Positions 19,492 to 29,000 of a stretch of DNA of 64,000 bases are shown piece after piece (positions within the stretch are counted from its first letter, which is position 1; each line of letters starts with the position of its first letter). Source of the stretch: an uncultured Candidatus Binatia bacterium (GTDB lineage Bacteria; Desulfobacterota; Binatia; HRBIN30); assembly GCA_964524885.1 (NCBI GenBank), contig CAZGEJ010000003.1, forward strand, positions 97,994 to 161,993, in the 5' to 3' direction. Under the pieces are notes generated by a model that was not told the origin of the DNA, searched no databases, and saw only the letters and a program-made list of their open reading frames with translations. Both the position numbers and the translations under genes were made by a program.

Positions 19492-21624
19492 ATGTCGAAT
19501 TCGCTGCGTTCGTACCTCACGTCGGTCCCCCTCCTTGCCGTGCTCGTGGGCCTCGGCCAAGCGCCTCCTTCATTGGCGGCACCTTGGCTCGCCGTCGGCC
19601 CGGAGGGCGCACCCGTCTTGTCGATCGGAATCGAGAGCGGCAGCAACACCAACCTCGTCGCCACGGTGCGCGATCGCGGCCTACTCCGCAGTGTCGATGG
19701 TGGCGCGTCGTGGCAGGAGGTAGTCAGCAGTCCGTCGCCGGCACTGCGCGTCGCGGTGCATCCGAGCAATGCGGCGCTGGCGGTGAGTACCGCGTCACAG
19801 GTGTGGTTTCGCCTCGCCGGCGACAGCCGCTGGCTGGCGTCGAAACTGAGCCCCGCCGACGTGATCGCCATCGGGCCGGGCGAGCCGGTCAGCGTGTACG
19901 GCGCGCGCGGCAGCTCGATCCAGCGCGCCATCGGCGAAGGGGCGGCGGTTTCCATCGCCGACGGACTGGCTGGCGCGCGCGTGCGCACGCTGCGGTTCGA
20001 CCCCATTCGCCCGACACGCCTGTACGCCGGGACCAACGACGGGCTGTTCCTTTCGCAGGATCGAGGCACGAACTGGTCCCGCGCCGGCAACGCCCTGGCG
20101 GGCGTCGACATCGTCGCGGTCGCCACCGATCCCCGCCAAGCGAGCCGGCTGTTCGCCGGCGGCAGCGACAGCGGCGTGTGGCGCAGCAGCGACTCGGGGG
20201 CGACGTGGGTTCGCATCAACGACGGGTTGGCCGACCTGCGCATCCGCGACCTGGCGGTCGACGGCAGCGTCGCCGGTCGAGTGTGGGCGGGCACCGAGGA
20301 CGGCATCTTCGTTTCGAACGATCACGGCGCTTCGTGGAGCCGTGCCGACCTCGAGCCGCGAGCGCCGGTCCTCGGCGTGGTCGCCGGCGCAGCGGGCGGT
20401 CTAGCGTACGTCGCCACCAGCACGGGCCTGGTGGTCACCGACGATGCCGGAGCGAGTTGGCAGCCGGCCAACGGCGGCTTGCTGGCGACGACGGTCACGG
20501 CTCTGCAGATGCTCGGCGACGACCCGCGCGAGGTCGTCGCCGGCACCTCCGGCGGAGTCTTCGTCAGCTTCGACGCGGGCGGGCAGTGGTCTAGCTTGAA
20601 CGAAGGCCTACGCAGCCCGCTGGTGCAGGATCTCGCCATGGTCGGCACGGACCTGTTCGCCGCCACGCTGGCCGGGGCGTGGCGCCTGCCCGGCTTGGGG
20701 CAGGCGTGGTCGCGCTTGAACGGCATCACCAATCCGGCGGTGACCTCGGTGGTGGCCGACGGGGCGCTGGCGGATCGGCTCTACGCCGCGACCGCCGGTG
20801 GGGGGATTTTCCGCAGTAGCGACGCCGGTGCCACCTGGCGCGCGGCCAATACCGGCGTCAGCAGCCTGTTCCTCACCCGACTGGCAGCCGTGCCGGGGGT
20901 CCCAGGAGAAATCTACGCCCTCGCCGCCAACCAGGTGATCGTCACCCGCAACGGCGGCGACAGCTGGACGGTCGCCGGCCCTCTGCCCGCAGGGACGATC
21001 GCGGACTTGGTCGTGTCGCCGCACGCGGCGTCACTCTTGTTCCTCGCCACCTCGACCGGCGTGCGTCGCAGCCGCGACGCTGGACAGAGCTGGCAAGAAA
21101 CCGGCTTGAGCGGGCTGAGCGTCGAGTCGCTGCTCGCCTCGGCACGTGCGCCTGGACTGGTGTACGCCGGCCTGCGCGGCGGCAGCATCCGCGTCAGCTT
21201 CGACGACGGCACCAACTGGCAGAGGCTGGGTGGGGCCGGACCGTTGGGTTCAGTTCTCACCATGGCCGAGGCCGCGGACGGCAGCCAATTCTTCGCCGGG
21301 ACGCGCGACGCCGGCGCCTGGGTCGCGCAGCAACTCTGCGGCGACGGTGAACTCGACCCCGGCGAGACCTGCGACGATGGCGGCAACGGCAGTTGCCCCG
21401 CCGGCTGCGGCGCGACGAGCCGCTGCGTCGGCGACTGCAACGGCAGCGGCGACGTCACCGTCGACGAGATCGTCCGCGGGGTGTCGATCGGCTTGGGCAT
21501 CGCCGAAGTCGGGGGCTGCACGGCGATGGATCGAAACGGCGACCGACTCGTCACCGTCGACGAGATCATCGCCGCCGTAGCCAACGCCTTGGGCGGCTGT
21601 CGCGACGCGACGTTGGCGAACTGA
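19492..21624 (+). CDS. Secreted BNR/Asp-box beta-propeller protein (about 10 repeats) with a C-terminal dockerin-like double EF-hand module
   Basis: Signal peptide (MSNSLRSYLTSVPLLAVLVGLGQAPPSLAAP). Ten S-x-D-x-G-x-[ST]-W repeats (SVDGGASW, SQDRGTNW, SSDSGATW, SNDHGASW, TDDAGASW, SFDAGGQW, SSDAGATW, TRNGGDSW, SRDAGQSW, SFDDGTNW). C-terminal GDCNGSGDVTVDEIV...DRNGDRLVTVDEII. Confidence 0.7.
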   Translation: MSNSLRSYLTSVPLLAVLVGLGQAPPSLAAPWLAVGPEGAPVLSIGIESGSNTNLVATVRDRGLLRSVDGGASWQEVVSSPSPALRVAVHPSNAALAVSTASQVWFRLAGDSRWLASKLSPADVIAIGPGEPVSVYGARGSSIQRAIGEGAAVSIADGLAGARVRTLRFDPIRPTRLYAGTNDGLFLSQDRGTNWSRAGNALAGVDIVAVATDPRQASRLFAGGSDSGVWRSSDSGATWVRINDGLADLRIRDLAVDGSVAGRVWAGTEDGIFVSNDHGASWSRADLEPRAPVLGVVAGAAGGLAYVATSTGLVVTDDAGASWQPANGGLLATTVTALQMLGDDPREVVAGTSGGVFVSFDAGGQWSSLNEGLRSPLVQDLAMVGTDLFAATLAGAWRLPGLGQAWSRLNGITNPAVTSVVADGALADRLYAATAGGGIFRSSDAGATWRAANTGVSSLFLTRLAAVPGVPGEIYALAANQVIVTRNGGDSWTVAGPLPAGTIADLVVSPHAASLLFLATSTGVRRSRDAGQSWQETGLSGLSVESLLASARAPGLVYAGLRGGSIRVSFDDGTNWQRLGGAGPLGSVLTMAEAADGSQFFAGTRDAGAWVAQQLCGDGELDPGETCDDGGNGSCPAGCGATSRCVGDCNGSGDVTVDEIVRGVSIGLGIAEVGGCTAMDRNGDRLVTVDEIIAAVANALGGCRDATLAN

Positions 21625-21734
21625 CGCGGCCGCCCGGTCGGGCGGATCATTCGACCGTTGGCGCACAAAAGCATTGCGTTCCGGCCCGATCCTGCCAAGG
21701 CTGCCGATCGATACCGATCCAACTGGGAGTAGCG

Positions 21735-23729
21735 ATGCGACGATTGGGAGCCGTGCGCGGCTGGAAGTTCGTGTTGGTTATGAGCGTCGCCCTGGCGCTG
21801 CCGGTCGCGGCCGGTGCGGAGGACTGCGGCGAGGGTAGCTACGACAGCACCTTCGAGCTGATCCAAGACGTCGTCTTCGAGAAATACGGCTGCACGACCG
21901 CGGTCTGTCACGGGGTTTACGCGGCCGGCGGACTCGACCTGTCGCCGGCCGTGGCCTACCGCAACCTCGTCGACCAAGTGGCGACGACGGTTCCGGGCAT
22001 CAGCCGCCTGTTGCCCGGACAGAAGGACCAGAGCCTGCTGTGGCTCAACCTCGCGGCCAAGACGCTGCCGGAGGAAGTGCATGCGCCGCTGCGCCCCATG
22101 CCCCTCGATCCGGTGCCGGCACTGACGCCGGACCATCTGGAGTTGATGCGCGCCTGGATCGAATCCGGCGCCCCGGAAACCGGCACCGTCGCCGCGGCGG
22201 TCGGCCTGGTCGACGCCTGCCTACCGGCGCCCGAGCCGCTCACCGTAGAGCCGTTGCCGCCGCCCGCCCCGGGCAAGGGCGTGCAGGTGCGCATGCCTCC
22301 CTACGAACTGGGGCCGCAGAGCGAGCGCGAAACCTGCTTTGCCAGCTGGATCGACCTCACCGACCAGGTGCCGGAACAATATCGCGGCGCCGACGGCAGC
22401 ACCTTCCGCTTCAAGCTCAACCGCGTGCGGCAGACGCCGATGAGCCATCACCTGATCGTCAGCATGTACGAGGGCACAGCCTCGCCCGACGATGACCGGT
22501 GGGGCGAGTTCTTCTGCGCCGGCGGCGACAAACATGGCCAGCGATGTGCGCCGACCGACCTCGACTTTTGCGGCGACGGACTGTGCTCGACCATCCCGTC
22601 GAACAGCATTGCCTGCACCGGCTTCGGCCCCGGCGACTCCGGCCTCGGCATCGCCTCCTCGGGCTTCAGCGGCACCCAGGAGACGGCCTCGGAATTCCGC
22701 TTCGCCGAAGGGGTCTACGGCGAGTTGCCGATGCGCGGCATGGTCTTGTGGAACTCGCACGTCTTCAACCTCACGGACAAACCCGGCACCCTCGAGGCCT
22801 GGCTCAACTTCGAGTTCGCCGAACCGGAAGAACAGTTGTACCCGGCCCGCACGATCTTCGACGCCAAGGACATTTTCGCCACCAACGCGCCCGCCTTCTC
22901 CACCGACGAACCGTGCAGCCTGCACGAGTTGCCGCGCAACGCGCACCTGTTCGAGCTGAGTTCGCACGGCCATCGCCACATGAAGCGCTGGCGCACCTAC
23001 ATCGGGGCGTTCACCTGCCAAGGCGGCCCAGCCGTCGGCCAGGCCTGTTCCCCCCTCGGCTACGACTTCGATAGCCGCGACGTCTGCGAAGGGTTCCCCT
23101 GCGCGGCGCCCGAACGCGCCCACGTCGGCGACTGCGACGCCAGCGGCGACGTCACCGTCGACGAGGTGCTCACGGCGGCCAACATCGCCCTCGGCAGCAG
23201 CCCGATCGGCCGCTGCGTCGACGCCGACCGCGACTTCGACGACGTCATCACCGTCGATGAGCTGCTGACGGCAGTCAGCGCGGCGCTGACCGGCGTGCCG
23301 GCGACGACGCTGCGGGATGCCTCGGACAGCTTGGTGTACACCAGCCTGATCTACAACGACCCGGTGGTGCTGCGTTTCGACGACACGCCGCTGGTGTTCG
23401 CCTCGCACTTCCCTGAGGAACGAACCCTCACCTATTGCGCTCTCTTCGACAACGGACGGATCGATCCGACCGAGGTGAAGCGGCGCAGCACGTCACCGCC
23501 ACCGCCGGCCGACGTGCTGCCGGTCGGAGGCCCGTGTGACGAACCGACCCACTGTACGGACGGCAAGGTCGGCGAACCCTGCGTCGGACGCACCGAGCGG
23601 GCCCGCCACGCCTCGTGCGACAGCACTCCGGGCGCCGGTGACGGCATGTGCGACGCCTGCACCCTGACGGGCGGGGTGACGACGGAGGACGAGATGTTCA
23701 TTCTGATGGGGCAGTATTACGTGCCGTAG
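21735..23729 (+). CDS. Secreted His-rich monooxygenase-like protein, paralog 1 (tentatively PHM/DBH-like copper enzyme), with CX4CH motif and an internal dockerin-like module
   Basis: Signal peptide; YGCTTAVCHG; MSHHLIV (HH); NSHVFN; SSHGHRHMKRW (HxH...M). GDCDASGDVTVDEVL...DADRDFDDVITVDELL inserted before a Cys-rich C-terminal domain. 60-70% identical by eye to the downstream paralog. Confidence 0.55.
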   Translation: MRRLGAVRGWKFVLVMSVALALPVAAGAEDCGEGSYDSTFELIQDVVFEKYGCTTAVCHGVYAAGGLDLSPAVAYRNLVDQVATTVPGISRLLPGQKDQSLLWLNLAAKTLPEEVHAPLRPMPLDPVPALTPDHLELMRAWIESGAPETGTVAAAVGLVDACLPAPEPLTVEPLPPPAPGKGVQVRMPPYELGPQSERETCFASWIDLTDQVPEQYRGADGSTFRFKLNRVRQTPMSHHLIVSMYEGTASPDDDRWGEFFCAGGDKHGQRCAPTDLDFCGDGLCSTIPSNSIACTGFGPGDSGLGIASSGFSGTQETASEFRFAEGVYGELPMRGMVLWNSHVFNLTDKPGTLEAWLNFEFAEPEEQLYPARTIFDAKDIFATNAPAFSTDEPCSLHELPRNAHLFELSSHGHRHMKRWRTYIGAFTCQGGPAVGQACSPLGYDFDSRDVCEGFPCAAPERAHVGDCDASGDVTVDEVLTAANIALGSSPIGRCVDADRDFDDVITVDELLTAVSAALTGVPATTLRDASDSLVYTSLIYNDPVVLRFDDTPLVFASHFPEERTLTYCALFDNGRIDPTEVKRRSTSPPPPADVLPVGGPCDEPTHCTDGKVGEPCVGRTERARHASCDSTPGAGDGMCDACTLTGGVTTEDEMFILMGQYYVP

Positions 23730-23731
23730 AG

Positions 23732-23770
23732 AGGCTTAGGCTTAGGCTGAGGCTTAGGCTGAGGCTGAGG
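23732..23770. repeat. Tandem hexamer array (GGCTTA/GGCTGA), about 6.5 copies, immediately 3' of monooxygenase-like paralog 1
   Basis: The sequence directly after the TAG stop reads gaggcttaggcttaggctgaggcttaggctgaggctgagg. Confidence 0.9.
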
Positions 23771-23840
23771 GGCGTTGATCGGGTGGGACTTCTGGGTCAA
23801 CATCCGAGATCATTCACGTTCGTTGGACCAAGGAGATTCC

Positions 23841-25829
23841 ATGCGGATTCGCGACTTCGCGGTAGGGGCGATGGCCGCGGTCCTGCTCGGCACTGGGCCA
23901 GTCCTCGCCGAGGACTGTGACCCGGAGAGCGCCGGCAGTACCTGGCAGCTCATCCAGAGCGCCATTTTCGAGAAGAACGGCTGCACCACGGCCATCTGCC
24001 ACGGCAGCGTCGCCGCCGGCGGCGGCTTGGACCTGTCGCCCGCGGTGGCTTACGACAACCTCGTCGACGTCATGGGCGGCAGCGTGCCGACCATCCGTCG
24101 CGTCTTCCCCGGTGAGAAGGACCGCAGCTTGTTGTGGCTCAACCTCGCCGCCAAAACGCTGCCCGACGAATACACCGCGCCGCTGCGACCGATGCCGGCT
24201 GATCCGCTGCCGGCACTGACCGAAGACGAGCTCGAACTCGTGCGCCTGTGGATCGAGGGCGGCGCCCCGGAAGAGGGGACTGTGCGCGGCACCGAGGACT
24301 TCGATCCCTGCCTCCCCGAGCCCGAACCGATCCCCGTCAAGCCGCTGCCGCCGCCGGCCCCCGACGAGGGCTTCCAAATCCGCATGCCCCCCCGGCCATT
24401 GCCGCCGAACAGCGAGAGTGAAGTCTGCTACGCCACCTACTACGACGTCAGCGCCCAGGTGCCGGAGAAGTTCCGCGGCCCGGACGGCACGACCGTGCGC
24501 TACAAGCGCAATTCGATCCGCCAGGACAGCTCGAGCCACCACCTCATCGTCAACCTGTACGAGGGCAGTTCCGGCGTCGACGACCCCGAGTGGGGCGCCT
24601 GGAAATGCCGCGGCGGAGCGCGCGAAGGCCAGGCCTGCAACCCGCTGGACCTAGGCGTGTGCGGTGAGGGCGGCGAGTGCGCCACGCCCGTCGTGTCGGG
24701 GGTGGCCTGCATCGGCTACGGCCCGCCGGACGCCGGCACCGGCCTGATGAACGCCGGACTCTCCGGCTTGCAGGAGTCCGCCGGCACCTTCGAGTTCGCG
24801 CCGGGCGTGTTCCGCGAGATGCCGCTGAAGGGCATCATCCTGTGGAACTCGCACGCCTTCAATCTCGACGCTCAGCCGAGCAAGGTCGAAGCCTGGCTCA
24901 ACTTCGAGTTCGCCCAACCCGAAGAACAAGAGGCCGAGGCGATGCAGATCTTCGGGGCCGACGAAATCTTCAAGATGAACGCGGAGCCGTTCCAAACCGA
25001 CGAGCCGTGCAACATCGAGATCCTGCCGCCCAAGGCACAACTCTTCGAACTCAGCTCCCACATGCACCAGCGCGGCAAACGCTGGCGCACCTTCCTCGGC
25101 GCCTTCCGCTGCGAGGGTGGACGCAACACCGGAGCCCCGTGCTCGCCGCTGGGCTACGACTTCAGCAGCCGCAATCCCTGCGGCAACAACGGCCGCTGCG
25201 TCTCGCGCGTGCGCAGCCGCGCCGGCGACTGTAACCGCAGCGGCGACGTCACCGTCGATGAGGTCATCACCGGGGTCAACATCGCCCTGGGCACCGCCTC
25301 GGTCGACACCTGCTTCGACGCCGACCGCGACTACAGCGAGTCCGTCTCGGTCGACGAGGTCGTGACCTCGGTCACGGCCGCCCTGCAAGGCGTGCCGCCG
25401 GCGGTCGAGCGCAACCCCGAGGAAAGCCTGCTGTACACGAGTTTCGTCTACAATGACCCGGTTTACGTCCGGTACGACCCACCGATGGCGTTCCCCGGCC
25501 GCGGTTCGGAGGCGGACGAACGCGCCCTCACGTACTGCGCCCTGTACGACAACGGGCACACCGACCCGGCGACGGTAAAGCGCAAGTCGACCTCGCCGAA
25601 TCCGCCAGTGAGCTTCCCCGGCATCGGCGGCCCCTGCGATACCCCGAGCCACTGCACCGAGGGCAAGGTCGGGGCCGAGTGCAACGGCCGCACCGAGCGG
25701 GCGCGCGATGCCTCGTGCGACAGCACCACCGGCGCGGGCGATGGCCGCTGCGACGCGTGTACGCTCACCGGCGGCGTGACGACCGAGGACGAGATGCTGC
25801 TGCTCCTCGGCCAGTACTTCGTGCGCTGA
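23841..25829 (+). CDS. Secreted His-rich monooxygenase-like protein, paralog 2
   Basis: Same architecture: NGCTTAICHG, SSHHLIV, SSHMHQRGKRW, GDCNRSGDVTVDEVI...DADRDYSESVSVDEVV, and the same C-terminal Cys pattern (CTEGKVGAECNGRTERARDASCDSTTGAGDGRCDACTLTGG). AAGGAGA RBS before the ATG. Confidence 0.55.
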   Translation: MRIRDFAVGAMAAVLLGTGPVLAEDCDPESAGSTWQLIQSAIFEKNGCTTAICHGSVAAGGGLDLSPAVAYDNLVDVMGGSVPTIRRVFPGEKDRSLLWLNLAAKTLPDEYTAPLRPMPADPLPALTEDELELVRLWIEGGAPEEGTVRGTEDFDPCLPEPEPIPVKPLPPPAPDEGFQIRMPPRPLPPNSESEVCYATYYDVSAQVPEKFRGPDGTTVRYKRNSIRQDSSSHHLIVNLYEGSSGVDDPEWGAWKCRGGAREGQACNPLDLGVCGEGGECATPVVSGVACIGYGPPDAGTGLMNAGLSGLQESAGTFEFAPGVFREMPLKGIILWNSHAFNLDAQPSKVEAWLNFEFAQPEEQEAEAMQIFGADEIFKMNAEPFQTDEPCNIEILPPKAQLFELSSHMHQRGKRWRTFLGAFRCEGGRNTGAPCSPLGYDFSSRNPCGNNGRCVSRVRSRAGDCNRSGDVTVDEVITGVNIALGTASVDTCFDADRDYSESVSVDEVVTSVTAALQGVPPAVERNPEESLLYTSFVYNDPVYVRYDPPMAFPGRGSEADERALTYCALYDNGHTDPATVKRKSTSPNPPVSFPGIGGPCDTPSHCTEGKVGAECNGRTERARDASCDSTTGAGDGRCDACTLTGGVTTEDEMLLLLGQYFVR

Positions 25830-25830
25830 C

Positions 25831-25922
25831 GCGAAGGCTGAGCCAAAGTCCAAGGCTGAGGCTGAGTTCGGAGAGCGGTTTCCGAACCTCAGCCTCAGCC
25901 TCAGCCTCAGCCTCAGCCTAAG
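25831..25922. repeat. Inverted hexamer arrays: (GGCTGA)x2, spacer, (TCAGCC)x5, forming a long hairpin 3' of paralog 2
   Basis: The sequence reads aaggctgag...caaggctgaggctgagttcggagagcggtttccgaacctcagcctcagcctcagcctcagcctcagcctaagcc. The stem has at least 20 bp. It is the same hexamer family as 23732-23770. Confidence 0.9.
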
Positions 25923-26027
25923 CCTTTGCCCCGACCAATTCTGTCGAAATTCTGATTGCCTCGCCCCCCGGCGCTGGCGTAGAACGTAGCGTCGTCTCGA
26001 TCTACGCCGGAACCGAAGGGGGCCTTG

Positions 26028-29000
26028 ATGTTGCTGAACCGACTCCGGTTGGGTTTGCTCGCCACGTGTGTTGCCATTTCCTGGACTGCCCTCGCCGAGG
26101 CGCAGACCCTGACCAAGGGCGACGAATCGTGCCGCTCGACGCTCGCCAAGAGCGTGCTCAAACTCACCCGAACCTCCCTCCGAGAACAGGCCCAGTGCCA
26201 CCGCCTGCGCATGCTCGCGGCCCTGCCCTCCTCGGTAGAATGCAACGACTTCGATAGTTTGCCGGAGAATTCACGCGACAAGATCGAGGGCGTCGTCGCC
26301 AAGCTACGCAGCAAGGCGGCGCGCGGCTGCCGCGCCGCTTCCTTGCCGGCGGGCAACGGCTACACCACCTGCCCGGCGCCCTGCGACGGCATCGCCGTCA
26401 CCAACTACGACGGGGTCGGCTCCTGCCTCGCTTGCCTCGTGCGCGACCGCGTCGACGCCACCGGCGTCATCATTTACGGCACGCCGCCGACGCCGGGCAC
26501 CGAAACCGACGAACAAAGCTGCCAGAACAGCCTCGCCGCCGCCCTCGAGACGCATTTCAAGGGCCGCTTCGGCGAACAGATCCGCTGCCAGAAGAAGCAG
26601 GACAAAGGCAAGCTCGCGGCGGGCATCGACTGCAAAACCTATGACCCCAAAGGCAAGCTGGCGCGCAAACGGGAACAGGGCGAGGCGCAGGTCGACCGCT
26701 GCGTCCTCGACTCCATCGTCGCCCAACTCGACAGCTGCGCCAGCACCCTCCCCGGCGAACGCGCCTGTCTCGGCGATGCCGTCGAGGAGTACTCCGACAC
26801 CCTCTTCGACTACGTCTTCCCGCCCGAGCCCACGCCGACGCCCACTCCTTCGCCTACCCCCGCGCCTCTCGACTGCCGGGACGGCAACGAATGCGTACTC
26901 ATGGAAGTGCAGCCCGGCCCGAGTGAACTCGGACCGACCGACGACGGACGGTCCAGTTGGTACAAGATCACCAACATCGTCGCCTTCCTGGGATTCAACG
27001 CCAACAACGGCTCGAAGGGCAATTTCGAGGTCGGCCCACTGATCTTGGAAAAGGGCCTCAGCCTCGACGGCGACGGACGCACGAGCCTCGTCTTGGCGGA
27101 GCCCGCCATCCTCGGCGCCTCCTTCCCCGCCGCCTCCGGCCGCCCCGGACGCGTGTGCTTCGAAATCACCCAGGTCAGCGGCCAGCCCGGCTGGGTCGAC
27201 TGCAACGGCGGCTCCAACGCCGACGTCAGCCTCAGCATCGACAGCAACGGTACCGCCGCCGCGTCGCCCTCCTCGATCCTCGTCGCCTCCGGCGCGAGCG
27301 ACTCCGGTCCAGGGGCCGCGCTGCTCCACGTCGACATCCGCATCAGCGCAACCACCAACGCGATCGACCCTTGCTCGGCCGCCAATTTCACCAATGCGCC
27401 GGTCGTCCGCACGGCCCTGACGACGGCCACCGCGGTCAGTAGCGTCAGCGAAACGCGCCAAAACGTCGAATCGCCGACGTTCCACCCGAACGCCACGGTC
27501 GACGTCACTCTCACCGGACAGCCCCTCGATTGCGCCAACTTTGGCCCTGGGATGCGCAGCAGCTTCGTCGCTCCGGTCTACGAGCTGGATACGACCCCCG
27601 GGGTCGTCGCCGGCCGTTTCGACCTGGCGGACGTGCTGCGCCTCGACATGATCGCCGCCAATACTGAACCGGGCGCGCCGACGTCGACGCCGACCGAAAC
27701 GCCGACCGAACCGGCTCCCACGCCGACCCCGACGCCCGCCGCGCCCACGCCGACGCCTGAGCCCGTCCTCTGCCCCCCTGGCCTCACCTGCGCCGCCTTC
27801 GACATCCTCCCCGGCTCCGGCGCACTCCTGCCCGTCGACGACGGCGTCTCGACTTGGCTGCGCATCTTCGACTTCACCGGCGGCAGCCTGTTCGCCAATG
27901 CCACCAACGGCGCCTTCGGACCGGGTCCGGTCATCTTCGGCCTGGGCGCCACCGACGGCAACGGCATCGCCCCGCTGCGGTTGGTCGGCACCACCTACCT
28001 CGGCGCCAACTTCGTCAGCGCGGCGCAGGATCTGGGCCAGCAAGGCACGATCTGCGTCAAGCTCGAACCCGATCCCGTCAACGAGGGCTGGATCGACTGC
28101 GACGGCGGTACCAACGGCAGCGCCAGTCTGGCGGTCGACAGCAACCTGTCGAACCCGCCGCCACCCAACCCGGTGCCACTGCTCGACGTGCCCGCCGCCG
28201 CCGACGGCGGCGCCGCCGCGGGCACGGGCGTCGCCCGCATTCTGGCGTCGTTCGTCGTCGCGCCGGCGAATGACGCCGCTTGCAATACCCTCGACTATTC
28301 CAGCTCACCGGTCATCGCTACGGCCCTCACCACCGGCCAGGCCACCAGCTTGGTGACCAACGACGTCATCGACGGCAACGGCCCCGCCTCCGCCGGCGTC
28401 AACCAAACCTCACTCTCCGGTAGCCCCTTCTCCTGTGCCGCATGGGGCGACCCGAATGGAGCCTCGGCCAGCGTCGTCGCCCCGCTCTTCGCCCTCGACT
28501 TCGTCGCCCCGGTGCTCAACCTCACCGTCGACGTGTCGCAGGCCTTCCGCCTACAGCTCGACCCCGTGAATCTGCCGACCGGCGACGAAACGCCGACGCC
28601 GACGCGCACCGACACCCCGACCACGACGCCGACGGAAACGCCGACACGCACGCCGACGCGCACCGTCACCCCGACGCGTACCCCGACGTTCACCCCGACC
28701 GACACGCCGACGGTCACCCCGACCGCCACGCCCACCGAGACACCGACCGAGACGGCGACGCCGACGATCACGCCGACGCCGACGAACACCGCGACGCCGA
28801 CCGCGACCTTCACGCCCTTCGGCCCGCCGGTGCGCAACGTCACCATCATCGACAACACCAGCCAACTGGAACGTGGCACCCAAGCCCTCGGCAACTGCTT
28901 CCGCCGCGGCCAGACCAGTTCTTCCGTCCTATCCTCGACCGGCACCAGCTTCTCGACGCAGTTCCGCTCCAACGTCACCACCGACTGCGAGGCCGTGCCC

